Part shown: in pieces, positions 39,790-48,717 of the stretch | Position numbering within the stretch: the stretch's first letter is position 1 | How the letters are laid out: each line of letters starts with the position of its first letter | Sequence record: OR780565.1 | Source of the DNA: Escherichia phage DCP2 | Length of the DNA stretch: 64,000 bases | Strand: one strand, 5' to 3' | Program-made: the position numbers and the translations under genes | The notes under the pieces: generated by a model | Database searches by the model: none | Told to the model about the DNA's origin: nothing | The model's input: only the letters and a program-made list of their open reading frames with translations

Positions 39790-40758
39790 ATGAAAACTGT
39801 AACTATCAATAAGGGTATCTACTTCGGTAAAGAAATCTCTGGAACTTTTGAGCTCTTAGGTGAATGGTTCCCAGATAATGCTCCGGTAGATGCACAAGGA
39901 GATGGTAAAGTTTTTGTTGAAATTGACGGTAAGCGTCGCGGTGTTTGGGTTTACAAATCAGACATTTCATATGATGGTGTAAAAGTTGAAGAAGTTAAAG
40001 AATCATATGAAGATATGAAAACCCGCATTAATAAAAGATTTAATGTTATGGGAATGATGACGAATGGTATTATTAATGGAAATATTCGTTCATTAATTAT
40101 CTCTGGCGCAGCAGGTATTGGTAAAACGTATTCTTTAGATAAAGCTTTAAATAAAGCAAATGATATTGGATACATTGAATATAAAAGCATTAATGGTAAA
40201 ATCTCTGGTATTGGTCTTTATGAGCAGCTTTGGAATAATCGTGAAGAGAATTCTGTCCTTTTGATTGATGATGTGGATGTTTTCTCTGATATGGACATTC
40301 TTAATCTTCTGAAAGCTGCTCTGGACACTGGAGAGACCCGTAAAGTCTGCTGGAGCACCGCATCTTCTTACTTAGAAGAAAAAGGCATTGAGCGTGAGTT
40401 TGAATTTAAAGGAACGATTGTTTTTATCACAAACGTTGACATTGACCGCGAATTAGACCGTGGTACTAAACTTGCTCCACATTTACAAGCATTAGTGTCC
40501 CGCTCGGTTTATTTGGATTTGGGTGTTCACACTAATGAAGAAATTATGGTCAGGGTTGAAGATGTTATTCTTTCAACTGACATGATGCAAAAGCGCGGTC
40601 TTTCTGATGAAGAAACTTATAAAGCATTATCATGGATGAAAGTTAATGTTAATCGTTTACGCAATGTTTCACTGCGTACTGCTCTTTATCTTGCTGACTT
40701 TATTATGACCGACAAAAACGGTTGGGAAGAAATTGCTGAGGTTACTCTTCTGAAATAA
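39790..40758 (+). CDS. P-loop ATPase
   Basis: Walker A GAAGIGKT, Walker B VLLIDDVD; about 322 aa. Confidence 0.55.
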   Translation: MKTVTINKGIYFGKEISGTFELLGEWFPDNAPVDAQGDGKVFVEIDGKRRGVWVYKSDISYDGVKVEEVKESYEDMKTRINKRFNVMGMMTNGIINGNIRSLIISGAAGIGKTYSLDKALNKANDIGYIEYKSINGKISGIGLYEQLWNNREENSVLLIDDVDVFSDMDILNLLKAALDTGETRKVCWSTASSYLEEKGIEREFEFKGTIVFITNVDIDRELDRGTKLAPHLQALVSRSVYLDLGVHTNEEIMVRVEDVILSTDMMQKRGLSDEETYKALSWMKVNVNRLRNVSLRTALYLADFIMTDKNGWEEIAEVTLLK

Positions 40759-40847
40759 TTCATAAGAGGACTTCTATGACAAAAAGGCAGTTCAGAAATA
40801 GATTATATGGACTGCCATTAAAAAGATAACTAGAATTAAACTGGTGA

Positions 40848-41162
40848 ATGGAGGTAATGATGTTATACTCAAAGGCTCGTGAAATTTACGAAACTAAAAT
40901 TAAAGAAGCAGTATTTCAATTCGCAACGACAATGCGATGGACAAATGACTGGGAGTATTCAAAAAATCATAAGAAGCCCATGGTGACAAGAAAGGCTCAT
41001 ATGTTAGTGTTAATAGACCGTGAGCAGATTAAAGCCCGAGAAGCCCTCCAGAATCACAAAAAGGCTGCCTTTGAATGGTTTATGGATAACACTGCTCCTG
41101 AGACCAAGAAAGCGGTAAGTGCATGGTTCAGTGGAAAAAATTGTGAAAGAAGTTTCTTTTAG
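40848..41162 (+). CDS. Hypothetical protein
   Basis: About 100-aa ORF; exact start uncertain. Confidence 0.4.
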   Translation: MEVMMLYSKAREIYETKIKEAVFQFATTMRWTNDWEYSKNHKKPMVTRKAHMLVLIDREQIKAREALQNHKKAAFEWFMDNTAPETKKAVSAWFSGKNCERSFF

Positions 41163-41164
41163 TG

Positions 41165-41194
41165 GTTTACAAGACTGTTCCTCTGTGGTATTAT
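41165..41194 (+). promoter_or_regulatory. T4-type early promoter
   Basis: gtttac -35 and tggtattat -10; SD ggagg downstream. Confidence 0.6.
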
Positions 41195-41222
41195 TACCCT
41201 ATCAACTACGGAGGAACAGAAA

Positions 41223-41750
41223 ATGAACGCTAAAGATATTTTCAACTTAGTAAATTATAACGATGGTAAATTTAAATCTGAAGCACAAAGCAAGTTCTTT
41301 AATGACATCTCAATCGGAGGTGAAATCACGGTTGATGGAGGACAAATTTACAAATCCCGTTGGAATTGGATCGTTATTATCGATGAGATTGGTATTGTAG
41401 AAATTTACAAGAATACGAATAAAAATCGTACATTACACTGGTCTCGTGATACTAATGAACAGTACAAAAAGGATAAAGCATCTAAATTATCTCGTGTAAC
41501 TCAAGAAGATATTGAGTTCATCAAGAAAGATATTTTGATGTATGATAACTTAATTGCTGAAGAGCAAGCTGTTATTGATAAATTTGATGAGATTAAAGCT
41601 TCTCGTGAAATTCCTGATTTTATGAAAGAATCAGTAAATGAACGATACACTCTCATTTCAGAGCGTATTGAAACTTACAAAAAGCAAAGAGCTGAACGCC
41701 AAAATACTCTTCGGAAGTTTGAAGAACGGTTAAAGACGGTACTCGCATAA
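41223..41750 (+). CDS. Hypothetical protein
   Basis: 175-aa ORF with charged C-terminal helical region. Confidence 0.45.
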   Translation: MNAKDIFNLVNYNDGKFKSEAQSKFFNDISIGGEITVDGGQIYKSRWNWIVIIDEIGIVEIYKNTNKNRTLHWSRDTNEQYKKDKASKLSRVTQEDIEFIKKDILMYDNLIAEEQAVIDKFDEIKASREIPDFMKESVNERYTLISERIETYKKQRAERQNTLRKFEERLKTVLA

Positions 41751-41754
41751 CCGC

Positions 41755-41784
41755 TTTATACCAAGGATGGTATAATGGTTCTAA
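41755..41784 (+). promoter_or_regulatory. Possible early promoter (weaker match)
   Basis: gcttta -35-like and aaggatggtataat extended -10. Confidence 0.35.
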
Positions 41785-41805
41785 GCCCTTTTAATTGAGA
41801 TTATT

Positions 41806-42210
41806 ATGAAACAGTTGATAATTAAAAGATTGAATTTATTGATATGTTGTTTATGTATAATAATTGCATATGGTTATTATGCTATTAATGATTATATGCA
41901 TTATAAAGATTATGATGTTACTGTAGTTAATACCTTTACAGGAACTCAAGGAAAGGGGTCTAGTTTATCGTTTATTGCTGTATATGAACTCAAAGACGGT
42001 TATAGATTTAGTGAATATATTTCCCCAGAGATGTATTCTTCAATAGAAAAAGGTGATAATATTACTGTAAGTTTACGTCCTTTCGACGTAAAACAGACAT
42101 TGTTTGATAATATTGTTTGGTTCTTTGGAATGGTATTAGTTCAATCTGTGTGTGGTGCTTATATAGTCTGTTCCATCTTATTCTGTATATTTAGTAAAAT
42201 TGAAAATTGA
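41806..42210 (+). CDS. Small membrane protein
   Basis: 134 aa with N- and C-terminal hydrophobic helices. Confidence 0.45.
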   Translation: MKQLIIKRLNLLICCLCIIIAYGYYAINDYMHYKDYDVTVVNTFTGTQGKGSSLSFIAVYELKDGYRFSEYISPEMYSSIEKGDNITVSLRPFDVKQTLFDNIVWFFGMVLVQSVCGAYIVCSILFCIFSKIEN

Positions 42211-43109
42211 GTGAGGAAAATATGTCAGTAGTAATTAATAATGTCAATGCAGTAATTAAATCTTTAGTTAATAAAAAATTAAATGAATGGACTGTACTTC
42301 GTCGTGGAGAGCCAGATAAATTTTTTCATAGATTTAACCCAACTTTGGATTTGAATGTTATTGACAGAGATGTTCATGCTGAAATTTTAGATAAATTTAA
42401 AGTTGATATTGGGTTTGGATTAGATAAACATTTGCAACGAACAAACGGATCTGGAATGGGTTTATCTAATCGCATCATGAAAGCCCTTAATAAAATTGGA
42501 GCGTTGTCTCGTATTAATGCGAGTGAAATCCTTCGCAATTATAATAAAGGATATGACCTTTATGGTCGACTAATGCCGAAATTATCATTTGACCAAATGA
42601 TTGCGGATTTGTGGGAAAATCAACGACGATTATTAGCATTAGGCGCTCGATTAGCTAAAGGTCTAGATAAACAAATGATTTTTAAGACCAATAATACAGA
42701 AGACCTTAAATGCTTTAAATTTAGTACTCGTGGAGATGATTATTACATCAGAGCTCGCTCTACAGATTATGTTAATATGGGGCATCATCTCTGTTTAGCT
42801 TTTGAAGTTTTAAAAGAAGCCGGAACATTAGAATATGTGTCTGGTGCTAAATGTCCGATTGGTTCAAATTGCATTTTAATTTATCGCCCAGATGAATCCA
42901 GTTCAACTAAATTACCTACAAAACCTGTACCAGTTCGCAGTAATGAAAAACATTCTGAACAAATTGCTTATTTTAATAAGCAGATTGAAGAGCTAAATAT
43001 TTCTATTCAGCAATATGATGATGAAATTTTCAGACTATCTGGATTGAGTAGTAAAGCTAAATCTGAGCGTGAAAAATTAATTAAAATCGTTGATTTACTT
43101 AAATCTTAA
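42207..43109 (+). CDS. Hypothetical protein with C-terminal coiled coil (family member 1)
   Basis: 300-aa ORF; C-terminal about 45 aa heptad-like. Confidence 0.45.
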   Translation: MSEENMSVVINNVNAVIKSLVNKKLNEWTVLRRGEPDKFFHRFNPTLDLNVIDRDVHAEILDKFKVDIGFGLDKHLQRTNGSGMGLSNRIMKALNKIGALSRINASEILRNYNKGYDLYGRLMPKLSFDQMIADLWENQRRLLALGARLAKGLDKQMIFKTNNTEDLKCFKFSTRGDDYYIRARSTDYVNMGHHLCLAFEVLKEAGTLEYVSGAKCPIGSNCILIYRPDESSSTKLPTKPVPVRSNEKHSEQIAYFNKQIEELNISIQQYDDEIFRLSGLSSKAKSEREKLIKIVDLLKS

Positions 43110-43117
43110 GGAACACC

Positions 43118-44146
43118 ATGAAAACTCGTTCTCAAATTGAAGATATGGTTCGTAATGCCAGCTATACTCGTGATGTTATGACATTTTTGTGTGAAAATAA
43201 TTTAGACCCTGATAAAGTTAATCGTGTTATTCATCACTTTAAGTATACGAATAGCAGTGAATGGGTGCGTAATTTTAGTAAAGCAGGGTATATTACGCAA
43301 ATGACGGCTCGTGAGCAGCTCACCGATTTCTGTAAAACTATTGATTATAAAAATCCTTTGATTGTTCAAGGCGTTGGTCAAAGTAAGGTCGATTTATCAT
43401 CTGGATTTTTCAATCCAAATCATTATCGTATTGAATGGAGATTTATTGCTCTGTTCCGTAGACAATTAAAGCAAATTTTATCAACTGCGAGTCGATTAAA
43501 AGGTTCTGATATTAACTTAAAGAATCTGAAATTTGATGGTTATACTCTTCAGATGGAAGTAAGACCGTTAAAAGAAAATAATAGAACTGCACGAATTAGC
43601 TTTAAGCCTAATACTAAAAATTCTCTTTCAATTTGTGAATGTCTTAAATCACAGCTGACAGAAGCATTTAAGTATATGGATGTTGTTGCTGCTGTTCAAT
43701 CTAAGATTTTACCTCGTTTTGAGCGAAATTGGGAACATACAACAACATATGAACTTGATATGATCGTTTCATTTAAATATGAATTTTTGAGAAAGGATGA
43801 AATTGTTCAAGAGAAAAAGCAGGAAGTGCAAGATACCTTAAATTTAAATTTATCCAATTACTTATCAAACGATCCTAAATGTTGGATGTACAGTTCAAGT
43901 AACATAGATGCATGTAAACTTAATAAAGTGAGTTTTCTTCCTACTGAAAATTCAAATTTTAAACCTGTAGAAAAATGGCACGCTGATGCGATTGAAAAGT
44001 CTCTTAAGGCAGTAGATGATGAACTCGTTAAAGCGACCAATGAAATGCTAGAAGCTGAAAAGGCGTTAGAACAAGCTCAGTCAAGGGTTCAAAATCTGAC
44101 AAAGCAACGTTCTAAACTGAACAATGCACTAAATGCACTGAACTAG
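43118..44146 (+). CDS. Hypothetical protein with C-terminal coiled coil (family member 2)
   Basis: 342 aa, begins MKTR; C-terminal coiled coil ending NALNALN. Confidence 0.45.
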   Translation: MKTRSQIEDMVRNASYTRDVMTFLCENNLDPDKVNRVIHHFKYTNSSEWVRNFSKAGYITQMTAREQLTDFCKTIDYKNPLIVQGVGQSKVDLSSGFFNPNHYRIEWRFIALFRRQLKQILSTASRLKGSDINLKNLKFDGYTLQMEVRPLKENNRTARISFKPNTKNSLSICECLKSQLTEAFKYMDVVAAVQSKILPRFERNWEHTTTYELDMIVSFKYEFLRKDEIVQEKKQEVQDTLNLNLSNYLSNDPKCWMYSSSNIDACKLNKVSFLPTENSNFKPVEKWHADAIEKSLKAVDDELVKATNEMLEAEKALEQAQSRVQNLTKQRSKLNNALNALN

Positions 44147-44175
44147 TTTACTTTACCACAAGGATGTGGTATAAT
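44146..44175 (+). promoter_or_regulatory. T4-type early promoter
   Basis: gtttac -35 and tgtggtataat extended -10. Confidence 0.65.
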
Positions 44176-44203
44176 GTTCTTACTTTCTACTGAGGAGATT
44201 AAT

Positions 44204-45205
44204 ATGACTCGTAACGAATATATCAAATCATTCAATAGTGTTATTGATGATAAAGTTAAACCTATGTCTAGTCAGAATAGCGTTATTTCCATTATCAATC
44301 AATGGCTCAATAATATTGATGTAAGCATTGTTTCTTCCAGCAAATTTATTCATGAAGTTCATAAAATTTCTAGTCGCGAAGATAAAGATGATATTAAGGA
44401 AACCTTTAAAGGTTCTCGTCTTCTTTCATATTTAGTTAATCAGGATATTCTTGGTAAATTTGGGAAAGAAATTAAACGAACTAAAGATGTAGTAGGATAT
44501 AATTGGTTCGGTGATGTTAATTCTTATCATCTTAATAATAAAGAAGACCCTGAGAATATTTTTACTCGTCGTTGGATTAGTAATTTCAGACTTTTCAAAG
44601 GACAGATTCTAAAATCAGCTTCTAAATTATGTTATGGCGATTATCGTCAAATTCATCCTTTGGCTTCTGATATGATTATCATAAAAGAATATGAACTTGA
44701 TAAAAATAAAGTATCTATTTTTGTGAATTATGGATTTTTTACACCAGAAACTAACCAAAAGAATATTAATAAATTTTTCTCAATTGCTAGCACTATAACT
44801 CGTCAATTAGAGACCGCATTACTTTGTATGGAAACAGTAGAAAATATTCATACATATCCTTTTAAGAATATATGCGGTTGGGAAGGATATAAACTCGTAA
44901 TTAGCCTTCGTGAAGTGAAATGTGCTTATTCACCTACTGATAAAGAAATTTACCAACAAAAATGTGATGAAATTGTGAATACTCCTAAAGAAGAAACTAC
45001 CCTTGAGGAACTAATGGAATGTCTTGATGATTCACCTGAACCGATAGAAATTCGTCCAGAAGTTATTGCATTAGAAAAAGCTTATAAAGAAGCTCTAGAA
45101 ATTTCTAATAAAGCGCAGAAAGAATATGAACAGGCTAAAAGGATTTGGGAAGAATCTGTTAATCGCCTGGATCGTCTTGAACAAGCTTTACAGTTAATTA
45201 AGTAA
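44204..45205 (+). CDS. Hypothetical protein with C-terminal coiled coil (family member 3)
   Basis: Internal Met start with SD gaggag; C-terminal coiled coil ending LEQALQLIK. Confidence 0.45.
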   Translation: MTRNEYIKSFNSVIDDKVKPMSSQNSVISIINQWLNNIDVSIVSSSKFIHEVHKISSREDKDDIKETFKGSRLLSYLVNQDILGKFGKEIKRTKDVVGYNWFGDVNSYHLNNKEDPENIFTRRWISNFRLFKGQILKSASKLCYGDYRQIHPLASDMIIIKEYELDKNKVSIFVNYGFFTPETNQKNINKFFSIASTITRQLETALLCMETVENIHTYPFKNICGWEGYKLVISLREVKCAYSPTDKEIYQQKCDEIVNTPKEETTLEELMECLDDSPEPIEIRPEVIALEKAYKEALEISNKAQKEYEQAKRIWEESVNRLDRLEQALQLIK

Positions 45206-45257
45206 TTTAAAGCCAAGGATGGCTCGGAGTATAAATCATTAACCAAGTGAGAAGAAC

Positions 45258-46187
45258 ATGAAAACTCGTAAACATTATATTGATTATTTTGATAGTCTTA
45301 TTACTAAACACCGTAATTATCAGATTGGGCACAGAGCAGTAATCAATAATATTCTTCGTGATTTCTTTCAATATGTTGGCCAGGAAAATCATATCTGTAA
45401 AGATACTCAAAACGCTTATTCTCATTCGTTAGGCAATTTGCTTCAATGGTTTAAACGTTCTCGTCTGTTATCTTCTACTGTAGCTAGTGATAACATTAAA
45501 AACTTTATGAAGCCGAGCTTCATTAAATCTGCGACATCTATAACCGATTTGGTTGAATTTACTATTGTTAACGATGTTAAAAAGACCCATTTGGCTGATT
45601 GGTTATCTACCATTCCTGAAACTAAATTTGCTGATAAATTCGCTTGTCAATTCAATGACCAAGTGAATATGCTTTTTAAGCATGCTCGTAAACTATTTAC
45701 CGCGGGCGATGACCGTACAAATACAGTTCATGTTAAGGACTGGGTTATTGCTGATGAAGTAACACACAAGCCAGGTGGTTCATCAGTATTAATTAATATC
45801 CAGGTTCCTTATTATTACTCACGTAATCTCGGCACCATGACAGCTAGAGAAATTAATAAGCATAACAAAACTATTCGTTCGTTGTCTTATAAACTCTGCA
45901 CGATGGTGGAGATGATGGACGTAGTGGAAATGTATGACGAAACCGAAGATAATGGTTCAATGTTATACAGTTCACGCATTCTAATTAAACTGAAGAACCC
46001 TAATACATATAAGCCAGTTGTAAAAGAACCTAAAGTAGAAAAGATTGATAACTTGCGCGAAGAACGTGAATATCTCAATGCTCGTTTGATTGAAGTTGAA
46101 GTCCAGATTGCCGAACATACCAAATTGTTAAAAGCTCTTAATGCAAAAGCAAATGGTTTACGTAATGCTATTGAGGTATTGAAATGA
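45258..46187 (+). CDS. Hypothetical protein with C-terminal coiled coil (family member 4)
   Basis: 309 aa, begins MKTR; C-terminal coiled coil ending LRNAIEVLK. Confidence 0.45.
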   Translation: MKTRKHYIDYFDSLITKHRNYQIGHRAVINNILRDFFQYVGQENHICKDTQNAYSHSLGNLLQWFKRSRLLSSTVASDNIKNFMKPSFIKSATSITDLVEFTIVNDVKKTHLADWLSTIPETKFADKFACQFNDQVNMLFKHARKLFTAGDDRTNTVHVKDWVIADEVTHKPGGSSVLINIQVPYYYSRNLGTMTAREINKHNKTIRSLSYKLCTMVEMMDVVEMYDETEDNGSMLYSSRILIKLKNPNTYKPVVKEPKVEKIDNLREEREYLNARLIEVEVQIAEHTKLLKALNAKANGLRNAIEVLK

Positions 46188-46501
46188 AAAAGCGTCTATT
46201 AGAAGATATTGCAGCTTCAAGTAATTCCAGTCTAATTAAAATCATTATGGCTGGTGAAGAAGACGATCTGGAAATGCGTGGAAAGATTCATGGCTGTGAC
46301 GATCTAGACTTTAAACCTCCTGCTTGGGATGCCATTATGGTTATGGTTGAACGCCGCGAAAGGGCTTCTAAGAATGTTCCGAACTGCCCAAAATGTGGTA
46401 CTGAACAGGTCCAATTGATTAACTGGCGTAAACCAGAGCTTGAATATAAATGTCGTCATTGCAAACACCGATTTAACCGAGAAGAAAATGACCAAGCGTA
46501 A
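46184..46501 (+). CDS. Zinc-ribbon protein
   Basis: 105 aa; C-terminal CPKCG...CRHCKH motif. Confidence 0.4.
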   Translation: MKKRLLEDIAASSNSSLIKIIMAGEEDDLEMRGKIHGCDDLDFKPPAWDAIMVMVERRERASKNVPNCPKCGTEQVQLINWRKPELEYKCRHCKHRFNREENDQA

Positions 46502-46730
46502 AGAATATATGGAGGCTGCTGAAAAGGCAGTCCGTGAATTAGCAATAGCTTATTATAATGAACATGGTAAATTTCCTGATAGATACAGCGTGCTTAAATC
46601 TGCTTTAACTCGTTCATATAAAAATATGCTATCAGAAGTAAGTGATATTATATACAAACATAAAGAACAAACGGGCCAAAGTCTTGATTACGACGAGACT
46701 TTTAAACAAGTACTAGGAATTAAGGAATAA
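46488..46730 (+). CDS. Hypothetical protein
   Basis: About 80-aa ORF from an internal Met. Confidence 0.4.
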   Translation: MTKRKEYMEAAEKAVRELAIAYYNEHGKFPDRYSVLKSALTRSYKNMLSEVSDIIYKHKEQTGQSLDYDETFKQVLGIKE

Positions 46731-46731
46731 T

Positions 46732-46995
46732 ATGTTTAAAGTATATGGTTATGATAGCAACATCCACAAATGTGTGTATTGCGATAATGCAAAACGTCTT
46801 TTGACTGTGAAGAAACAGCCGTTTGAATTTATCAACATTATGCCGGAAAAAGGTGTTTTTGATGATGAGAAAATCGCTGAGCTTCTGACTAAACTGGGTC
46901 GTGATACTCAAATCGGATTGACGATGCCTCAGGTATTTGCTCCTGACGGAAGTCATATTGGTGGATTTGACCAATTGCGGGAATACTTTAAATGA
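46732..46995 (+). CDS. nrdC: Thioredoxin/glutaredoxin NrdC
   Basis: 87 aa; CVYC redox motif; matches my recollection of T4 NrdC. Confidence 0.9.
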   Translation: MFKVYGYDSNIHKCVYCDNAKRLLTVKKQPFEFINIMPEKGVFDDEKIAELLTKLGRDTQIGLTMPQVFAPDGSHIGGFDQLREYFK

Positions 46996-47207
46996 TGCTT
47001 GAAGGAACTGATTATATCCATGACTACCGCGGAAGCGCGGTATATGTAGGTGATGAGGTTGCAGTTTATTATGGATATGGAACTTTGATGACAGCAAAGG
47101 TTATTCAAATTAAAAATAATCGTGCTAAACTCGAAGTTTATTATTCTAATGGTGAAAAGTCTATTTCTAAGTGGAAATACGGCGATTGTATGGTCAAACT
47201 GGGGTAA
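46992..47207 (+). CDS. Hypothetical protein in the 49.3 position
   Basis: 71-aa ORF coupled to nrdC. Confidence 0.4.
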   Translation: MMLEGTDYIHDYRGSAVYVGDEVAVYYGYGTLMTAKVIQIKNNRAKLEVYYSNGEKSISKWKYGDCMVKLG

Positions 47208-47209
47208 AT

Positions 47210-47380
47210 ATGATTTACGATATTAATGTAGCAAGAACTCCATCAATGGTTACTATTCCAGCTGAAGAATTAGATCGTCTTCATAAAATTGAAGAACTTC
47301 TTTGGGAAATTGAATCTGATTTGCCATCAGGACTAGAATCCTGGATTGATTATGAAGAACTTAATAAGCTTCGGGGTTAA
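47210..47380 (+). CDS. Hypothetical protein in the 49.2 position
   Basis: 56-aa ORF from an internal Met. Confidence 0.35.
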   Translation: MIYDINVARTPSMVTIPAEELDRLHKIEELLWEIESDLPSGLESWIDYEELNKLRG

Positions 47381-47502
47381 ACCTTGGTGGGCGGTTAGAT
47401 GGGAAACTGTAGAGCCAGAGCCGGAAGAACCGGTTTACACTGATGAAGAAACAGTATATAATGAACCTACAATAAATGACTTAATTGATATGGAGATGGG
47501 AC

Positions 47503-47988
47503 ATGATTACAGTAGATAAGTGGTTTAGAATTAATCGTGTTGATACAGGGCTATGTAATTACTGGCCGGAACTTAGTGCAGGTACTGTCTTTAAAGTTCG
47601 TGAACTTGCAAAAGAATGCGAAGATGATATAGAACCTGATACTGGAATTATTGAAATTGAACTTTCCGACGGAAAGATTATTAACATCTATGATAAGCCA
47701 ATTACATACTGGTGTTTGTGGAATACTGAATCCGTTGAAAATGGCGAAATTGAAGAAGTTGTAGAGAGAACTAGCCAAGATGTTCAGAAGCCTAAAGCCG
47801 CTTTTCAAGGTGAACGTATTTCATACGCATTAGCTAAATTAGCTGCGCAAGAAAATAACGATGGCTATGAAGGTAACCTGATGCAAGCTGCCGCAGAGTA
47901 CATTGAATGGCTTGAAACTCAAATTTCTTTTTCTGACCAAAAGATTCGGCAATATAAGCGATTGCATCAAATGTTTTACAATACTTGA
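47503..47988 (+). CDS. pin: Probable host-protease inhibitor Pin
   Basis: 161 aa from internal Met, same length as T4 Pin; position between nrdC and 49. Confidence 0.5.
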   Translation: MITVDKWFRINRVDTGLCNYWPELSAGTVFKVRELAKECEDDIEPDTGIIEIELSDGKIINIYDKPITYWCLWNTESVENGEIEEVVERTSQDVQKPKAAFQGERISYALAKLAAQENNDGYEGNLMQAAAEYIEWLETQISFSDQKIRQYKRLHQMFYNT

Positions 47989-48199
47989 AAAAACTCAAAA
48001 TTCTTTTTCTGACAGGACATTTTAATGAAAACCGAATTGGTTTATACTGAAAAGTTAAATGGCGGTAAGGTTTGGAAACTTTTTATTAAAGGACATTCTA
48101 CGGACCCTCATATGACCACTTGCGTAGGAACCTATTCTCGTCCTACTAAAAAGATGATTCGACAGTATAAACGATTGCATCGAATGTTTTACAATACTT
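47914..48199 (+). repeat. Direct duplication of the pin 3' end flanking an inserted segment
   Basis: R1 47914-47937 vs 47989-48012; R2 47941-47986 vs 48151-48199 (about 85-95 percent identical). Confidence 0.7.
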
Positions 48200-48201
48200 A
48201 A
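48025..48201 (+). CDS. Small protein with duplicated Pin C-terminus (49.1 position)
   Basis: 58-aa ORF; C-terminal IRQYKRLHRMFYNT duplicates the Pin C-terminus. Confidence 0.4.
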   Translation: MKTELVYTEKLNGGKVWKLFIKGHSTDPHMTTCVGTYSRPTKKMIRQYKRLHRMFYNT

Positions 48202-48243
48202 AAATAATAAATACCCTTATCTATTTAAGGTAAGGGTTTTATT

Positions 48244-48717
48244 ATGTTATTGACTGGCAAATTATATAAAGAAGAAAAACAGAAATTTTATGATGCGCAA
48301 AACGGTAAATGCTTAATTTGCCAACGAGAACTAAATCCTGATGTTCAAGCTAATCATCTTGATCATGACCATGAATTAAATGGACCAAAAGCAGGAAAGG
48401 TACGTGGATTGCTTTGTAATCTATGCAATGCCGCAGAAGGTCAAATGAAGCATAAATTTAATCGTTCTGGCTTAAAGGGACAAGGTGTTGATTATCTTGA
48501 ATGGTTAGAAAATTTACTTACTTATTTAAAATCCGATTACACCCAAAATAATATTCACCCTAACTTTGTTGGAGATAAATCAAAGGAATTTTCTCGTTTA
48601 GGAAAAGAGGAAATGATGGCCGAGATGCTTCAAAGAGGATTTGAATATAATGAATCTGACACTAAAACACAATTAATAGCTTCATTTAAGAAGCAGCTTA
48701 GAAAGAGTTTAAAATGA
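48244..48717 (+). CDS. 49: Endonuclease VII (Holliday junction resolvase)
   Basis: 157 aa; MLLTGKLYKEEKQKFYDAQNGKCLICQREL... matches my recollection of T4 endo VII. Confidence 0.9.
   Translation: MLLTGKLYKEEKQKFYDAQNGKCLICQRELNPDVQANHLDHDHELNGPKAGKVRGLLCNLCNAAEGQMKHKFNRSGLKGQGVDYLEWLENLLTYLKSDYTQNNIHPNFVGDKSKEFSRLGKEEMMAEMLQRGFEYNESDTKTQLIASFKKQLRKSLK

Noticed and set aside
47378-47517. Possible programmed +1 frameshift joining ORF 47210-47380 to a downstream open frame
   Set aside because: There is no slippery heptamer or stimulatory structure at the junction, and the downstream frame has its own plausible ATG at 47503.
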